A DNA stretch of 64,000 bases from Octopus sinensis (GCF_006345805.1 NC_042997.1:49662001-49726000), one strand, 5' to 3'; counted from the stretch's first letter, positions 13,507-24,870 are shown. Numbers and translations: made by a program. Notes: a model not told the origin generated them from the sequence alone.

Positions 13507-13641
13507 CATTTGCCAACTGTCTTTGACGCCGAATGTCTGATGGTGTCATTTAACTTAAGATTTGCAGCTGACAATGCTGTGTCTTTGTTTCGGTTAATAA
13601 TAGTTATGTTGTTCTTGTTGGTTTTATTGTATATTCCAAGC
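13507..13641 (-). CDS. Candidate 135-nt phase-2/phase-2 exon (LGIYNKTNKNNITIINRNKDTALSAANLKLNDTIRHSASKTVGK), product unknown
   Basis: cag acceptor with weak pyrimidine tract, open frame, donor TG/GTAAGT, three N-glycosylation sequons (NKT, NIT, NDT). Confidence 0.3.
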
Positions 13642-13759
13642 CTGCGTTATTGCTCAACCGAAAAACCGTGAGAACTCCGTTCTATCACGCAGCTGTCTAA
13701 AGAATCCGTTGTTATAGATAAGAAAGATATTATTGAAAACACACACACATAGGTACTCT

Positions 13760-13810
<51 letters not shown>

Positions 13811-14769
13811 CAGAGACAGAGATAGAGTGAGAGAGAGAGAGAGTGAGAGTGAGTGAGATAGAGAATGAGAGAGAGTATATGAACATATGCATATACACCC
13901 ATTATCTATTTTTTCTACATTTGTTTACATAGACGTATTCGTATAAGAAACGTCGTAACTTATAGTGCTGGTTCAGATTTTCTATCGAAAATCTACAGTT
14001 TATCACTTAAAAATGAGAATATCGCACTGCTAACACAAAAAAAAAGAGACGATATCAGTGGCCCAGGAACGAAATTTGAGTGCAAACCCAGGTCCAAAAT
14101 TATATAGTCTATTGACTAATTATTCTATACGCTTGGCCACTAGTAGTAAAAATTTCTAAAATCTTTATTACCCTGATATTATTAATTATGTATAATGATT
14201 TCTGGTAGATTCGTTCGAAGAATTTGCCGGCATCTTTTTGCTGCCGACAAAAAAGTCTGGTCTTGCGCGATGGATTTGAAACGAATTTTAAATGTATAAG
14301 CAATGAGGCACATACTGGAATGGCCTCGTTGTTTATATATTTAATCTTTGGCGTCCCTGTTGATGAAGACTTCGCCTGGTAAATTATTTTATTTACTAAT
14401 AAAATAAGTCAGAAACCATTGATCCAGGACGGAGATGGTAAATGTTTTCATTTTTCATTCCCTTCGAGCATTTATGCCTAGTTAGTGGTTTGGACTTTAG
14501 CTGTTCTTTCTAGCGTAAAGGATTCCTATGATGGAAACCTCTTAATGTGTTTCAATGTACGCTGTATTTTATATGAATAATATATAGTCTAGTGACTAAT
14601 TTTTCTATACGCTAGGCTACTGGTAGTAAAAATTTCTAAAATCTTTATTACCCTGATATTACTAAAATATATATATATACATACATACATATATATATAA
14701 TATATATATATATATAATATATATATATATATAATTTTAATCCAAACGGGGGAAACAAAAAACAACAAC

Positions 14770-15040
14770 AATGGAACAATTACAGTATTATTATTAATAG
14801 GCGCTCAGGAAAAGGAAGCAGGGAGGTATGACGTTTCGAGCGGAGCTCTTCGTCGGAAACATAAAGAAGGAAGAGAGAGGAAAGAAAGATCCCAGAGCGG
14901 GCAACAGGGAAAGAGAAAAAAGACGACTGGTGTTTACGAGTTGCACATGGTGTGAAAGGCGGATGTTTACGAAAACAGAGCAAAGTGGGTTTTTAAAGGC
15001 AAAAGAGTGGAGACAAGGTTGGTAACGCAACAGATGTGTG
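14770..15040 (-). mobile_element. Hammerhead-bearing repeat end, probably Penelope-associated
   Basis: Hammerhead fold followed by ctgagcg and a taat-rich end, the same layout as at 541-604. Confidence 0.5.
14826..14860 (-). ncRNA. Minimal type I hammerhead ribozyme motif (U4C variant)
   Basis: Minus strand GUUU-CCGACGA-A-GAGC(UCC)GCUC-GAAA-C-GUC/AUAC; stem I 3 of 4 pairs; stem III has no loop. Confidence 0.6.
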
Positions 15041-16660
15041 TGTATGTGTGAGTGTGTGCGTGTGCGTGTGTGTATGTGTGTGTGTGAGGCGAGATGAAAA
15101 AAACAAAAAATTATATGTGTGTGTTAGTGTGTGCGTCTGTGTGTAGGCGTGTGTGAGGTAGGGCGAGATAGTGGTCAGCTTAGCAGACAAAGGTCAGTAG
15201 TAAGAAAAAGAAGGAAGGAGGAAGGAGGAGGGGAGAAGGGTGGGGGTGGGGGCGTATGTAGCGTGCCAGCGTGTGTTGAGTAGTAGTGTGTGTGGTGTCC
15301 AGTGTCGTGGTGGTATAAATGGCGAGTAGATTGAATGTGTGTGTAAGAGTAATGTATATATTTAAGCAATGTGTGTATATGTGTGCGCGTGTGTGTAACG
15401 AAAAGGGGGGGGTTAAGGAAAAAGGACTCCAGCTGAGGGGAGATGGAAGAGTGGTCCCGCGGAGGCGGGCGTGGGAAAACCAACGACACGCGACGGTCCC
15501 AGGAACGGGCGGGAGGTCCTGTCGGTTCCAAGAGCGAGGTGCCTGCGGAGCGTATGCGTACGCGAACCGGCGCAAGCGCGTGCGTGCGCGAGCCTGCGAG
15601 TATGTGCGTAAGTATGTATGTGTGTGGATGTGTGAGTGTGTCTGTGTGTATGTCCGGGTGGCAGTGTGTCCGATGAATATATGTGAGTATGTGTGTATGT
15701 ATGTGTGTGCATAGATGTATGTCCGTGTGTGTGTGTGTGTGTGTATGTGTGTGAGTGTGTATGTATGTACGTGTGGGTGTGGGGAAGTGTGTGTATGTGC
15801 ATGTGTGTGCGCGTACATACAGGTGTGTGAGTGAGTGTGTGTGTGTGTATGTATGTGTGAGTGTGTATGTATGTGTGTGTAGGATGCATGTATGTGTATG
15901 GGTGTATGTATGCGTGTGTGTATGTATGTATGTGTACGTGGTGTGTGTGTGTGTATGCGTGTAGGTGTGCGCGTGTGCATGCATGCATGCATGCATGTGC
16001 GTATGTGTGTGTGTGTGGTGTGTGTGTGTGGGTATATATGTATGTGCGTATATGTGTGTGTGTGTGCGTACATGTGTGTGTGTGTGTATGCATGTGTGTG
16101 TATGTAGGGTGTAGGGCGTGGTGTGTGTATAGGTGTCTGTATGTAAGTATGTATGGGTGTCCGTGTATGTGTGTGTATGTATGTGTGTGTATGTAGGTGT
16201 GTGGGCGTGTGTATATGTGTGTGTATGTATGTGTGTGGGCGTGTGTTATATAGGTGTATGGGTGTATGTCTGGGTGTGTCCGTGCATGTTTGTGTGTGTG
16301 TGTGTATGCATTGTGTATGTAGGTGTGTGTGTACGTGTGTAATGTATGTGTGTATGCGTTGTGTATGCGTGCGTGTGTGTATGTAGGTGCGTGTGTATGT
16401 GTGTGGGAGTGTAGGTGTGTGTGTGCGTGTGCGTGTGCGTGTTTATGTTGGTGTGTGCGTATGTGAGTGTGAGTGTATGGGTGTTTGTCATGCATGTGTG
16501 TGCGCGTGCAGGTGAGTGTGTGTGTAAGTATGTGTGTGTGTATGTTTGTGTGAGTGTGTATGTGTGTATGTCTGTGTGTATGTATGTGCGTATAGGAGTA
16601 TGTGGGTATGTGTGTGTGTATGTATATGGGTGTATGTATGTATGTGTGTGATATATATAT
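15040..16660. repeat. About 1.6-kb cryptic (GT)/(GTAT) alternating repeat with a GC-rich non-repetitive core near 15400-15600
   Basis: Direct reading; source of the long His/Thr and Cys/Val ORFs. Confidence 0.9.
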
Positions 16661-17029
16661 ATATAAGCTTACATACCTGCATACATACAATACAGTATTG
16701 TTCAATAGAGTAGATGCAGGTCAGTATAAGAATGAAGATAAAGATACATAAAGGAGAATAGAAATAAAATTAGATACAGAAATTGAATTAACCTTAATAA
16801 TAAGTGTAATTTCTTTGAGATGTGACCGTTTAGGCAAAGATGCATGAATGGGTGATACTAGAAGAGAGTGCAGTGGGGAAAGCTAGTAGTAAGTGAACAT
16901 AAATAGGGAACACACACACATGCACATATATACACACAAACTCACGTACAAGTGATAATCAGGAAAGAAAATGGGAAACTCGATAGTTCTGAGGAGTGAA
17001 TATGTTTATGTACAGTACAATGGTTCCGA

Positions 17030-17935
17030 GTTTAACAGTGACTGACTGTGGCTGCCATGATAAAATTTTTGAATGTTTGTATGTTTTCATAATGTCTTAA
17101 TGACTTGGTATCGATAATTTCTAGTTTTGCGAAATTGACCTTATCAAGTTTCGTGCCAAAGCAGCTATTTAATTTGTGGGGTAACTGCTGATTTCTCACG
17201 AGTTCAACAGAGGTGTTGTGTGTTTCACTATTTTTTAACAGTGTAAGGCGGTGAGCTGGCAGAAACGTTAGCACGCCGGGCGAAATGCTGAGCGGTATTT
17301 CGTCTGCCGTTATGTTCTGAGTTCAAATTCCGCCGAGGTCGACTTTGTCTTTCAGCCTTTCGGGGTCGATTAAATAAGTACCAGTTACGCACTGGGGTCG
17401 ATATAATCGACTTAATCCATTTGTCTGTCCTTGTTTGTCCCCTCTGTGTTTAGCCCCTTGTGGGCAGAAAAGAAATATATTTTTAACAGTTGTCTTAACG
17501 TCTTGTGGGCAACTAATTTCCACTACTGTGAACAGTTTCTTTCTTCTGTCCCAGATCATAGAACCTGCTCTGTTGAGCTTGCATTTTATTGGAGTGTTAA
17601 CATGAACATTCCCCCTTTCATATAATGGGCTATTAAAGTCTTCGCCCCTCATCACTGTAACTTCTTGCATGATTCGCAGGATTATCCTTTGTACGGAATG
17701 CTATGTACAATGTTTCTGGCGTGACATCATGCTTTATAGGTAGGTAAAAGCGAGATAACATTTTTGGACAGCCTCCTGTCTTGTTGTGGTTGATACTCAC
17801 AGTGTTAATTCTTCATCAGGTATTGAAGCTAGGTAGTTTAATTTCATTCCTGCCTGTCTCTGTTGCGCAAGAAGTACCTTTGAATGTATCCTTGATGTTT
17901 AAACGTTTTTCTAAGAAATTGTTTCAAAACATTTC
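17030..17935 (-). mobile_element. RLE-type (R2-group) non-LTR retrotransposon, decayed C-terminal region
   Basis: GCPKMLSRFYLPIKHDV (zinc-knuckle region), MIWDRRKKLFTVVEISCPQD (PD-(D/E)xK region), ENIQTFKNF end; split by a SINE-B with tttttaacag duplication. Confidence 0.75.
17245..17475 (+). mobile_element. SINE family B nested in the RLE LINE
   Basis: Full family B copy. Confidence 0.93.
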
Positions 17936-17939
17936 TGCA

Positions 17940-18250
17940 AAAGTGCGTGGCTTAGTGATTAGGATTTTCGGCTTACTATTGTAAGGTTGTGAGTTCGATT
18001 TCCAACAGCGCGTTGTGTCCTTGAGCAAGGCACTTTACTTCACGCTGCTCCAGTCCACTTAGCTGGATAAAATGAGTAGTACCTGTATGTCTAGAGGCCA
18101 TCCTTGTCACTTAATGTGTCATGCTGAATCGCCCTGAGAACTACGTTGATGGTATGCGTGTCTGTGGAGTACTCAGTACGTTAATTTCACGAGCAGGCCG
18201 TTCCGTTAATCGGATCAACTAGAAACCTTGTCCTCGTAACCAACGGAGTG
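17940..18250 (+). mobile_element. tRNA-derived SINE, family C
   Basis: tggcttagtg A box, gagttcgatttcc B box, gtccttgagcaaggcac; central part shared with 62640-62780. Confidence 0.7.
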
Positions 18251-18362
18251 CCAGTTTTTCAAAACATCCTGCTAACTTCTATATTTAGGAATAACTTCTT
18301 CCCGCTAACAAGACAAATTTCACCTAACCCAATTAAGAAGATATCTCACACACACACACACA

Positions 18363-18422
<60 letters not shown>

Positions 18423-18543
18423 TGCACATACACACACAGGAGCAATCGCTGTCGCTTACATTTCAAATCGATTACATTGCTATGTTGCTTCGGAGTAGTC
18501 CCTTTTCTTCGTGTGCAGGCCAGATCAACCTGTATTATACATA

Positions 18544-18668
<125 letters not shown>

Positions 18669-19117
18669 GTATATATATATCAGCCTATGAAAAGGTCATC
18701 CATATTGTTTAACACGGAAGTGTGTGGGTTGAAAAATTATTTACCTGTGCAAATATATAAGTACATCCGTTGTTTAGTAACTTTCAGACAGCACCTGTTA
18801 AACAATAGTACTAAAAATAAATATATAAACTTCGTGCTGAAAAACAAAGAGCAATATCCTACGTATCGGCAGTGAGATCCTCAGGAAGTACTCGGTTCCT
18901 GATGGCCTTCCATACAACATGCAAACAAGACCTGCATATGAAATGATCTGCATACAAACAAGAAACAAAATTATGGGTAGGTATGTTACCTGATAAAAAT
19001 TTTGAAGATGACACTAATATCGACATGAAATGCAGCCTTTCTTGGACTCATGACCACTGCATCGCATGACACTTCGAGAACTATGCGTTTCCACACACAC
19101 AGACAGACAGACAGACA

Positions 19118-19159
<42 letters not shown>

Positions 19160-19254
19160 AACAAACGAATACACACACATACACACACACGTACAAACAC
19201 AGAAATATATATGCCTATGTATATGTGTTTATATATACATATATGTTGTTGTGT

Positions 19255-19283
19255 TATTATCATCATCATCATCATCATCATCA

Positions 19284-19319
<36 letters not shown>

Positions 19320-19600
19320 GTTTTTTATCACAGGTTTTGCTGGAGCTCCTAGAGTTTTGCATGCGTAACGGGATAACTACCTGCAGTCTACGATGCCATG
19401 CTATTCGTTCTTTTCAGCTATCTAATACCTTCCTGATTATTTTGGCCGTGCCAAGAAGGCAAACCTTTTGTAACAGTTCTATTGGGCACTCTATCCCAAT
19501 TCCCTTTATATTCCTCTTGATGCCTTCTACTACTGTCCCCAAGGACCCAACAGTAATTGGCACTATCTTCACCTTCATTTTCCATAGCCAGGCTATTTCG
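19255..19600 (-). mobile_element. 3' end of an R4/Dong-like RLE non-LTR element ending in (TAA)n(TGA)n
   Basis: Open frame EIAWLWKMKVKIVPITVGSLGTVVEGIKRNIKGIGIECPIELLQKVCLLGTAKIIRKVLDS-stop, short 3' UTR, then the microsatellite. Confidence 0.85.
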
Positions 19601-19799
19601 TAGGTCGACTTTACCTTTCATCCTTTCAAGCTCTATAAAGTAAATAACAGTTTCATATCCTTTCGGGGACAGTAAAACAAGTACCAGTTGAGCCACAGGA
19701 GTGATGCAATCGACAAGCACCCACCAACCCACCCCACCTCAAAAATTCCAGCCCTTGTGCTTATATTCGAAAGAATTATTATTACCTAACTTTGAAATA

Positions 19800-20185
19800 G
19801 ATATATTTATTTATTCTTTTATTCTCTTAAATGTTTCAGTCATTTGACTACGGCCATGCTGGAGCACCGCCTTCAAGGGTTTTCGTCGAAGAAATTGATC
19901 CCGGGACTTATTCTATCGGCCTCTTTTGCTGAACCGTTAAGTTACAGGCATATTAACACACTAACATCGGTTGTGAAGCGATGGTGGGTGAACAAACACA
20001 GACTCACATGAATATATATGTATATACACAACGGGCTTTCAGTTTCCGTCTACCAAATCCACTCACAAGGCTTTGATCGGCCCGAGGCTATAGTAGAAGA
20101 CACTTGCCCAAGGTGCCACGCAGTGGGACTGAACCCAGAAATATGTGGTTGGGAAGTAAGCTTCTTACCACACAGACCCGCCTGC
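19800..20185 (-). mobile_element. SINE family A, the only minus-strand copy I found
   Basis: Reverse complement of the family A sequence. Confidence 0.9.
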
Positions 20186-20299
20186 GCCTTAATATATTTC
20201 GGTGAAATATTTTAAGCGTCTATCCTAAGACAACAAAATCGCATTTTTCTACAAAGACACTCGCTCGCCTATTCAAACAAATAGATAATATTCATAACT

Positions 20300-20420
20300 G
20301 CTCACCCGCGCATTAAGATCAAGATTTTCTGCTTCTGTTTTTTCTTTTATTCTTTCCGAGGAAGGAATGCCGTGACGTCATTCGATCCAATGTCAACAGA
20401 TTATAATTCTAGCGACACCG
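20300..20420 (-). promoter_or_regulatory. Possible promoter/first-exon cluster
   Basis: ATTGG (CCAAT box), TGACGTCA (CRE) and TTCCTCGGAA close together, then a GG/GTGAGC donor-like site. Short motifs only. Confidence 0.25.
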
Positions 20421-20639
20421 GTTTTTCGCTTAGTCTTATTGAATTCAATTCTCACTTTTACGAAACCGAATTTTTGTTGTTGCGGTTTAGCCGTAGGTCA
20501 GTTAAAGGCGTTCTAACCTCGACCACCACCCTATCTTGTTTTTCTTACGCTTTTGTTATGGAATGTGTCATTTTGATTTTAAGACAGTAGAATGTGATAT
20601 TTGCTTGTTATTTTTGTCAATTAAAGACAATGTTCTGTA

Positions 20640-21200
20640 GGAGGTGGGCAATAATGGTAGCGGGTGTTGTATTTGTTTGGTAATGGTGGTGATAATGGTG
20701 TTGGTGATGATAGTGATGATGGTGGGGGCTATAATGACGTTGTGGACTTAGTGGTGTGGATGATGACAATAATGTTGATGGCAACAGTGGTGATGGTGGA
20801 GGTGGCTTCATAGTGCTGGTGGTGAATGCACTAGAGATGCTGTAGAAACGGTGGTGGAGATTGTAGTGATGTTGATGGTAGTGGTGGTGGTGGTGGTGGT
20901 GGTGGTGGTGGTGGTCGTAGTGGTTCTGAAAGCGATGTATTGTGACGATATTGACGAGTGGCGATGTTGGTGTTGGTGGTGACAAGTAAGGGACGTTGTA
21001 GTGGTGATATTTGTGCCGGTGGCGAACCTGGTGTTGGTGGGAATAAGTAGTTAGGTAGTCATAGAGATGGTGATGGCGATGCTGGTGGCGTAGGTGGTGG
21101 TGGTGGTGGTACTCGTAATTATTGAGGTGGGGTGGTGTGATGATAGAGGTGGTGTGGAGACGTCTGTTACGTTGATAATGGTGCTAAGCTTGTTGTAAGT
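20640..21200. repeat. Degenerate (GGT/GAT)n low-complexity region
   Basis: Direct reading. Confidence 0.9.
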
Positions 21201-21255
21201 AGTTGAACCATGTTCAGAGTAGTTGTGAGGAAACCGGTGGCGGTGACGAGCGTAG

Positions 21256-21288
<33 letters not shown>

Positions 21289-21922
21289 CTGCGTGCTTGT
21301 TTATGTGTGTTTGTATATACCTCTGTATATATTATGTGTTTGTACGTCTGTGTGTTCATGTATGTATGTGCGCGCGCGTGTGTGTGTGTGTATGTATATG
21401 TCTTTGTGTGCGTGTGCGTGTGTGCTTATATGTGTGTTTACGTGTGTGTTTATACGTCTGTGTGTGTTTGTATACACCTCTGTATATATGTTTGTGTTTG
21501 TACGACTGTGTGTTCATGTATGTGTGTGCGCGCGTATGTGTGTGTATATACGTCTGTGTGTGTATGTATATGTCTGTGTGTGTGTGTATGTGTGTGTGTG
21601 TAGTCTGGCATAGTGGCTGATGACTATGACGATGACGGATGCGGCGGCGGTGGTGAAGTTGGTGTTGATGACGATACACGAGGGTGGTGCAATATCGGCT
21701 ACAGCATGAAAACTCTTGTAACTATGTCAAAGAAAAAGTGGTTTCCTACCAAGAAAGACTAAAAAAAATTTTTTTTTTTGAAATCTCTTATTTCTCCTTC
21801 AAGCAGAACTACATATGTGTGCGTGTGTGTGTGTGTGTATGCGTTTGTGAGTGAGTGTTAGGATTTAAGAGGGATAATGAGTATGTGTATGTGAGCGTGC
21901 ATGCGTTATATTCCTCTGTCTA

Positions 21923-22375
21923 AAGGCGGCGAGCTGGCAGAAACGTTAGCACGCCGGGCGAAATGCGTAGCCGTTTTTCGCCTGCCGTTACGTTCTGGGT
22001 TCAAATTCCGCCGAGGTCGACTTTGCCTTTCATTCTTTCGGGGTCGATAAATTAAGTACCAGTTACGCACTGGGGTCGATGTAATCGACTTAACCCGTTT
22101 GTCTGTCCTTGTTTGTCCCCTCTGTGTTTAGCCCCCTGTGGACAATAAAGAAACAGATAAATTAAGTACCAGTTACGCACTGGGGTCGATGTAATCGACT
22201 TAACCCGTTTGTCTGTCCTTGTTTGTCCCCTCTGTGTTTAGCCCCCTGTGGACAATAAAGAAACAGATAAATTAAGTACCAGTTACGCACTGGGGTCGAT
22301 GTAATCGACTTAATCCGTTGTCTGTCCTAGTTTGTCCCCTCTGTGTTTAGCCCCTTGTGGGCAGTAAAGAAATAT
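21923..22375 (+). mobile_element. SINE family B with its 3' half present three times
   Basis: One head, three about 110-bp 3' units; 16-bp TSD tatattcctctgtcta at 21907-21922 and 22375-22390. Confidence 0.93.
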
Positions 22376-22464
22376 ATATTCCTCTGTCTATATACATGCA
22401 TATGTAATATACAAATATACAAATATACAAATATACAAATATTCAAACATTCAAATATACAAAT

Positions 22465-22600
22465 AGGCGTGTCTGAGTGGTTAAAAGTTTGTTTTCTAGC
22501 TACATGGTTTCGGGTTCAGTCCTACAGCATGGTCATCCTGTCTTTTGTTGCCTAGGAGCGACTCAAACCTTGTGAGTGGATTTAATAAAAGGACGTATAC
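22465..22600 (+). mobile_element. SINE family A, 5' fragment
   Basis: Degenerate head through ccttgtgagtggattt. Confidence 0.6.
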
Positions 22601-22605
22601 ATACA

Positions 22606-22702
<97 letters not shown>

Positions 22703-22709
22703 CACATAC

Positions 22710-22877
22710 AGGAGTGGCTGTGTGGTAAGTAGCTTGCTTACCAACTACATGGTTCTGGGTTCAGTCTCACTGTGTGACACCTTGAGCAAGTGTCTTCTAC
22801 TATAGCCTCGGGCCGACCAAAGCCTTGTGAGTGAATTTGGTAGACGGAAACTGAAAGAAGCCTGTCGTATATATGTA

Positions 22878-22919
<42 letters not shown>

Positions 22920-23132
22920 CGTTTTGTGTGTCTGTGTTTGTCCCCCAGCATCGCTTGACAACCGATGCTGGTGTGTTTACGTCCCCGTAACTTAGCGGTC
23001 CGGCAAAAGTGACCGATAGAATAAGCACTAGGCTTACAAAGAATAAGACCTGGGGTCGATTTGCTCGACTAAAGGCGGTGCTCCAGCATGGCAGCAGTCA
23101 AATGACTGAAAGAAGTAAAAGAGTAAAAGAGT
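22710..23132 (+). mobile_element. SINE family A, full length
   Basis: Colinear with the family; its tail is the target of the next element. Confidence 0.93.
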
Positions 23133-23740
23133 CGTCGTCGTCGTCGTCGTCGGCATCCGTCCGTCTCGAGAGACGATGACGTAGCTCGGAAAAGGAGGCG
23201 GGTTTATCTGCACACTGCTGGAGTGTCCTCTCCAGTCCTCTTCCTGGGTTGAGCTACAAGACCTGGGCAGGTTTGTATGAGGGATCAGCTGCTGACCATG
23301 CAGTTTGATCCCCCCCTCTCCACGCACTTGGTAGCTCCAAGGGAACGACGGGTCGCTACAGCTTGGTACCAGGAGTTGCCGGTGATGACGTGTTGTGTCA
23401 GGCCGCCTTAGGGACCCCAACTCCGGATTTTCTGTCGGGGGTTTACTCCCTTAGCATTCCCCAGGAGGGGGTCTTGCCGCAAGACAGTGGCGGTTTGAAA
23501 TCGGAGTTTCTCTGGGCTGCCAGTCAAGGCTATCGAGTCCCAACTACCCGAAGCAACTGGTTTTAAGGCGCCAGTGACTCGCCTTTGCCCCTTCTCCTGT
23601 CAGTGGGAAGTTTCGCCGCGGGAAGGCCAGGAGTTGGACTTGATGTCAGAGGCTATTTGAGATGCACGCCGTGGGAGCACTTTGTAGGCAGTGGGAGCTT
23701 ATCCCCGCTACCACTCCCGGCTGTGACAGCCTTTGAAGCC
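23133..23740 (-). mobile_element. Non-autonomous RTE-derived element (5' UTR-like plus 3' tail, no ORF)
   Basis: GC-rich 608 bp, (GAC)n tail, 11-bp TSD agtaaaagagt at 23122-23132 and 23741-23751. RTE assignment is from recalled similarity to RTE 5' UTRs. Confidence 0.7.
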
Positions 23741-24031
23741 AGTAAAAGAGTATATATATAATTATAGTAAAGGCTAAAATCAATAATAATTTTACAAGGT
23801 AGCCAGTAGTGCGGAAATAAAAGCCTTTTAGATAAATTTTGTAAAATATTTTATAATTATATTCATAACAAGTGATCAGCTTTATGGCTCACTACGCACC
23901 AAATAAATTATGGGGCAAAAAGCTGATCCCTTGTTATAATTATGAATATATAATTATATATATATATTATATATATATATATATTTGTAAAAAAGGAGTT
24001 TGAAAATGCCACTATATTAGATAAATTTTAA

Positions 24032-24076
24032 TTTTTAGATGTTTCTGTTCTTGAAGTAACGAACCTTATCAAAAAG
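24032..24076 (-). ncRNA. Damaged copy of the Penelope hammerhead
   Basis: UUGAUAA-GGUUC...GAACA-GAAA-CAUCUA; stem II closing pair and stem III broken relative to the 25800 copy. Confidence 0.5.
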
Positions 24077-24546
24077 AATTTTTTTATAATAAAGATTATA
24101 ATGGAATAGTTCATAATTGTTTCATACATTCAATAGAGTCCATGCTATATACATAAAAATTATAATGGAACAGTTCATAATTGTTACATACATTCAATAG
24201 AGTCCATGCTATATACATTCAATAGAATCCATGTTCTTGAAAAGGCGAAAAATATATTATAAGGTGTAAGTCGTTCCGTACTGTTTTGTCAAGTGTAGTG
24301 CAGGAGATCATTATAGATTTTACCTTGTGTTCCGATGGGAGCAACTGTAGTGATTCTTGGTTGTCGTAATTTTGGTCAACTTGTGATTGTTGGGTTTATA
24401 TCAGTTAAGTCAGTAGTAGCTGTGGTCTCTAGCACTGTTCACTGACGTCATATAATTCCAAACCAATCAAAGCCAAACTTCAACGATTATAAGGAAGAGA
24501 CCCCCAACTGTATCCTGTTTAGGAAACCAGCCAAGCAGAACGATAA

Positions 24547-24870
24547 GTTTGACCACGGAAGAAAAACGTCATCAATTTTTTAGCGAATCAAAATTAGATC
24601 TGACCCATAATTGTATCCTGTTAGGTGGCTAGTTTGACCACGGAAGAAAAACGTCATCAATTTTTTAGCGAATCAAAGTCAGATCTGACCCATAATTGTA
24701 TCCTGGTTAGTTTGACCACGGAAGAAAAACGACATCAATTTTTTAACGAATCAGAATTAGACCTGACCCATAACTGTATCTTGTAGGGAAACCAATCAAG
24801 CATGGCGACAAGCTTGACTACTGAGGTAAAACGTCATCAATTTTTTGACTAATCAAAATCAGATCTGTTC
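24547..24870. repeat. Four tandem copies of an about 75-100-bp unit in the Penelope 3' region
   Basis: gtttgaccacggaagaaaaacgtcatcaatttttt...gacccataa repeated. Confidence 0.9.

Noticed and set aside
15175-16705. ORFs of 273-430 aa rich in His/Thr or Cys/Val
   Set aside because: Translations of (CA)n/(TG)n-type repeats, which lack stop codons; the same applies to the YLSI, IYIY and MYVC ORFs elsewhere.
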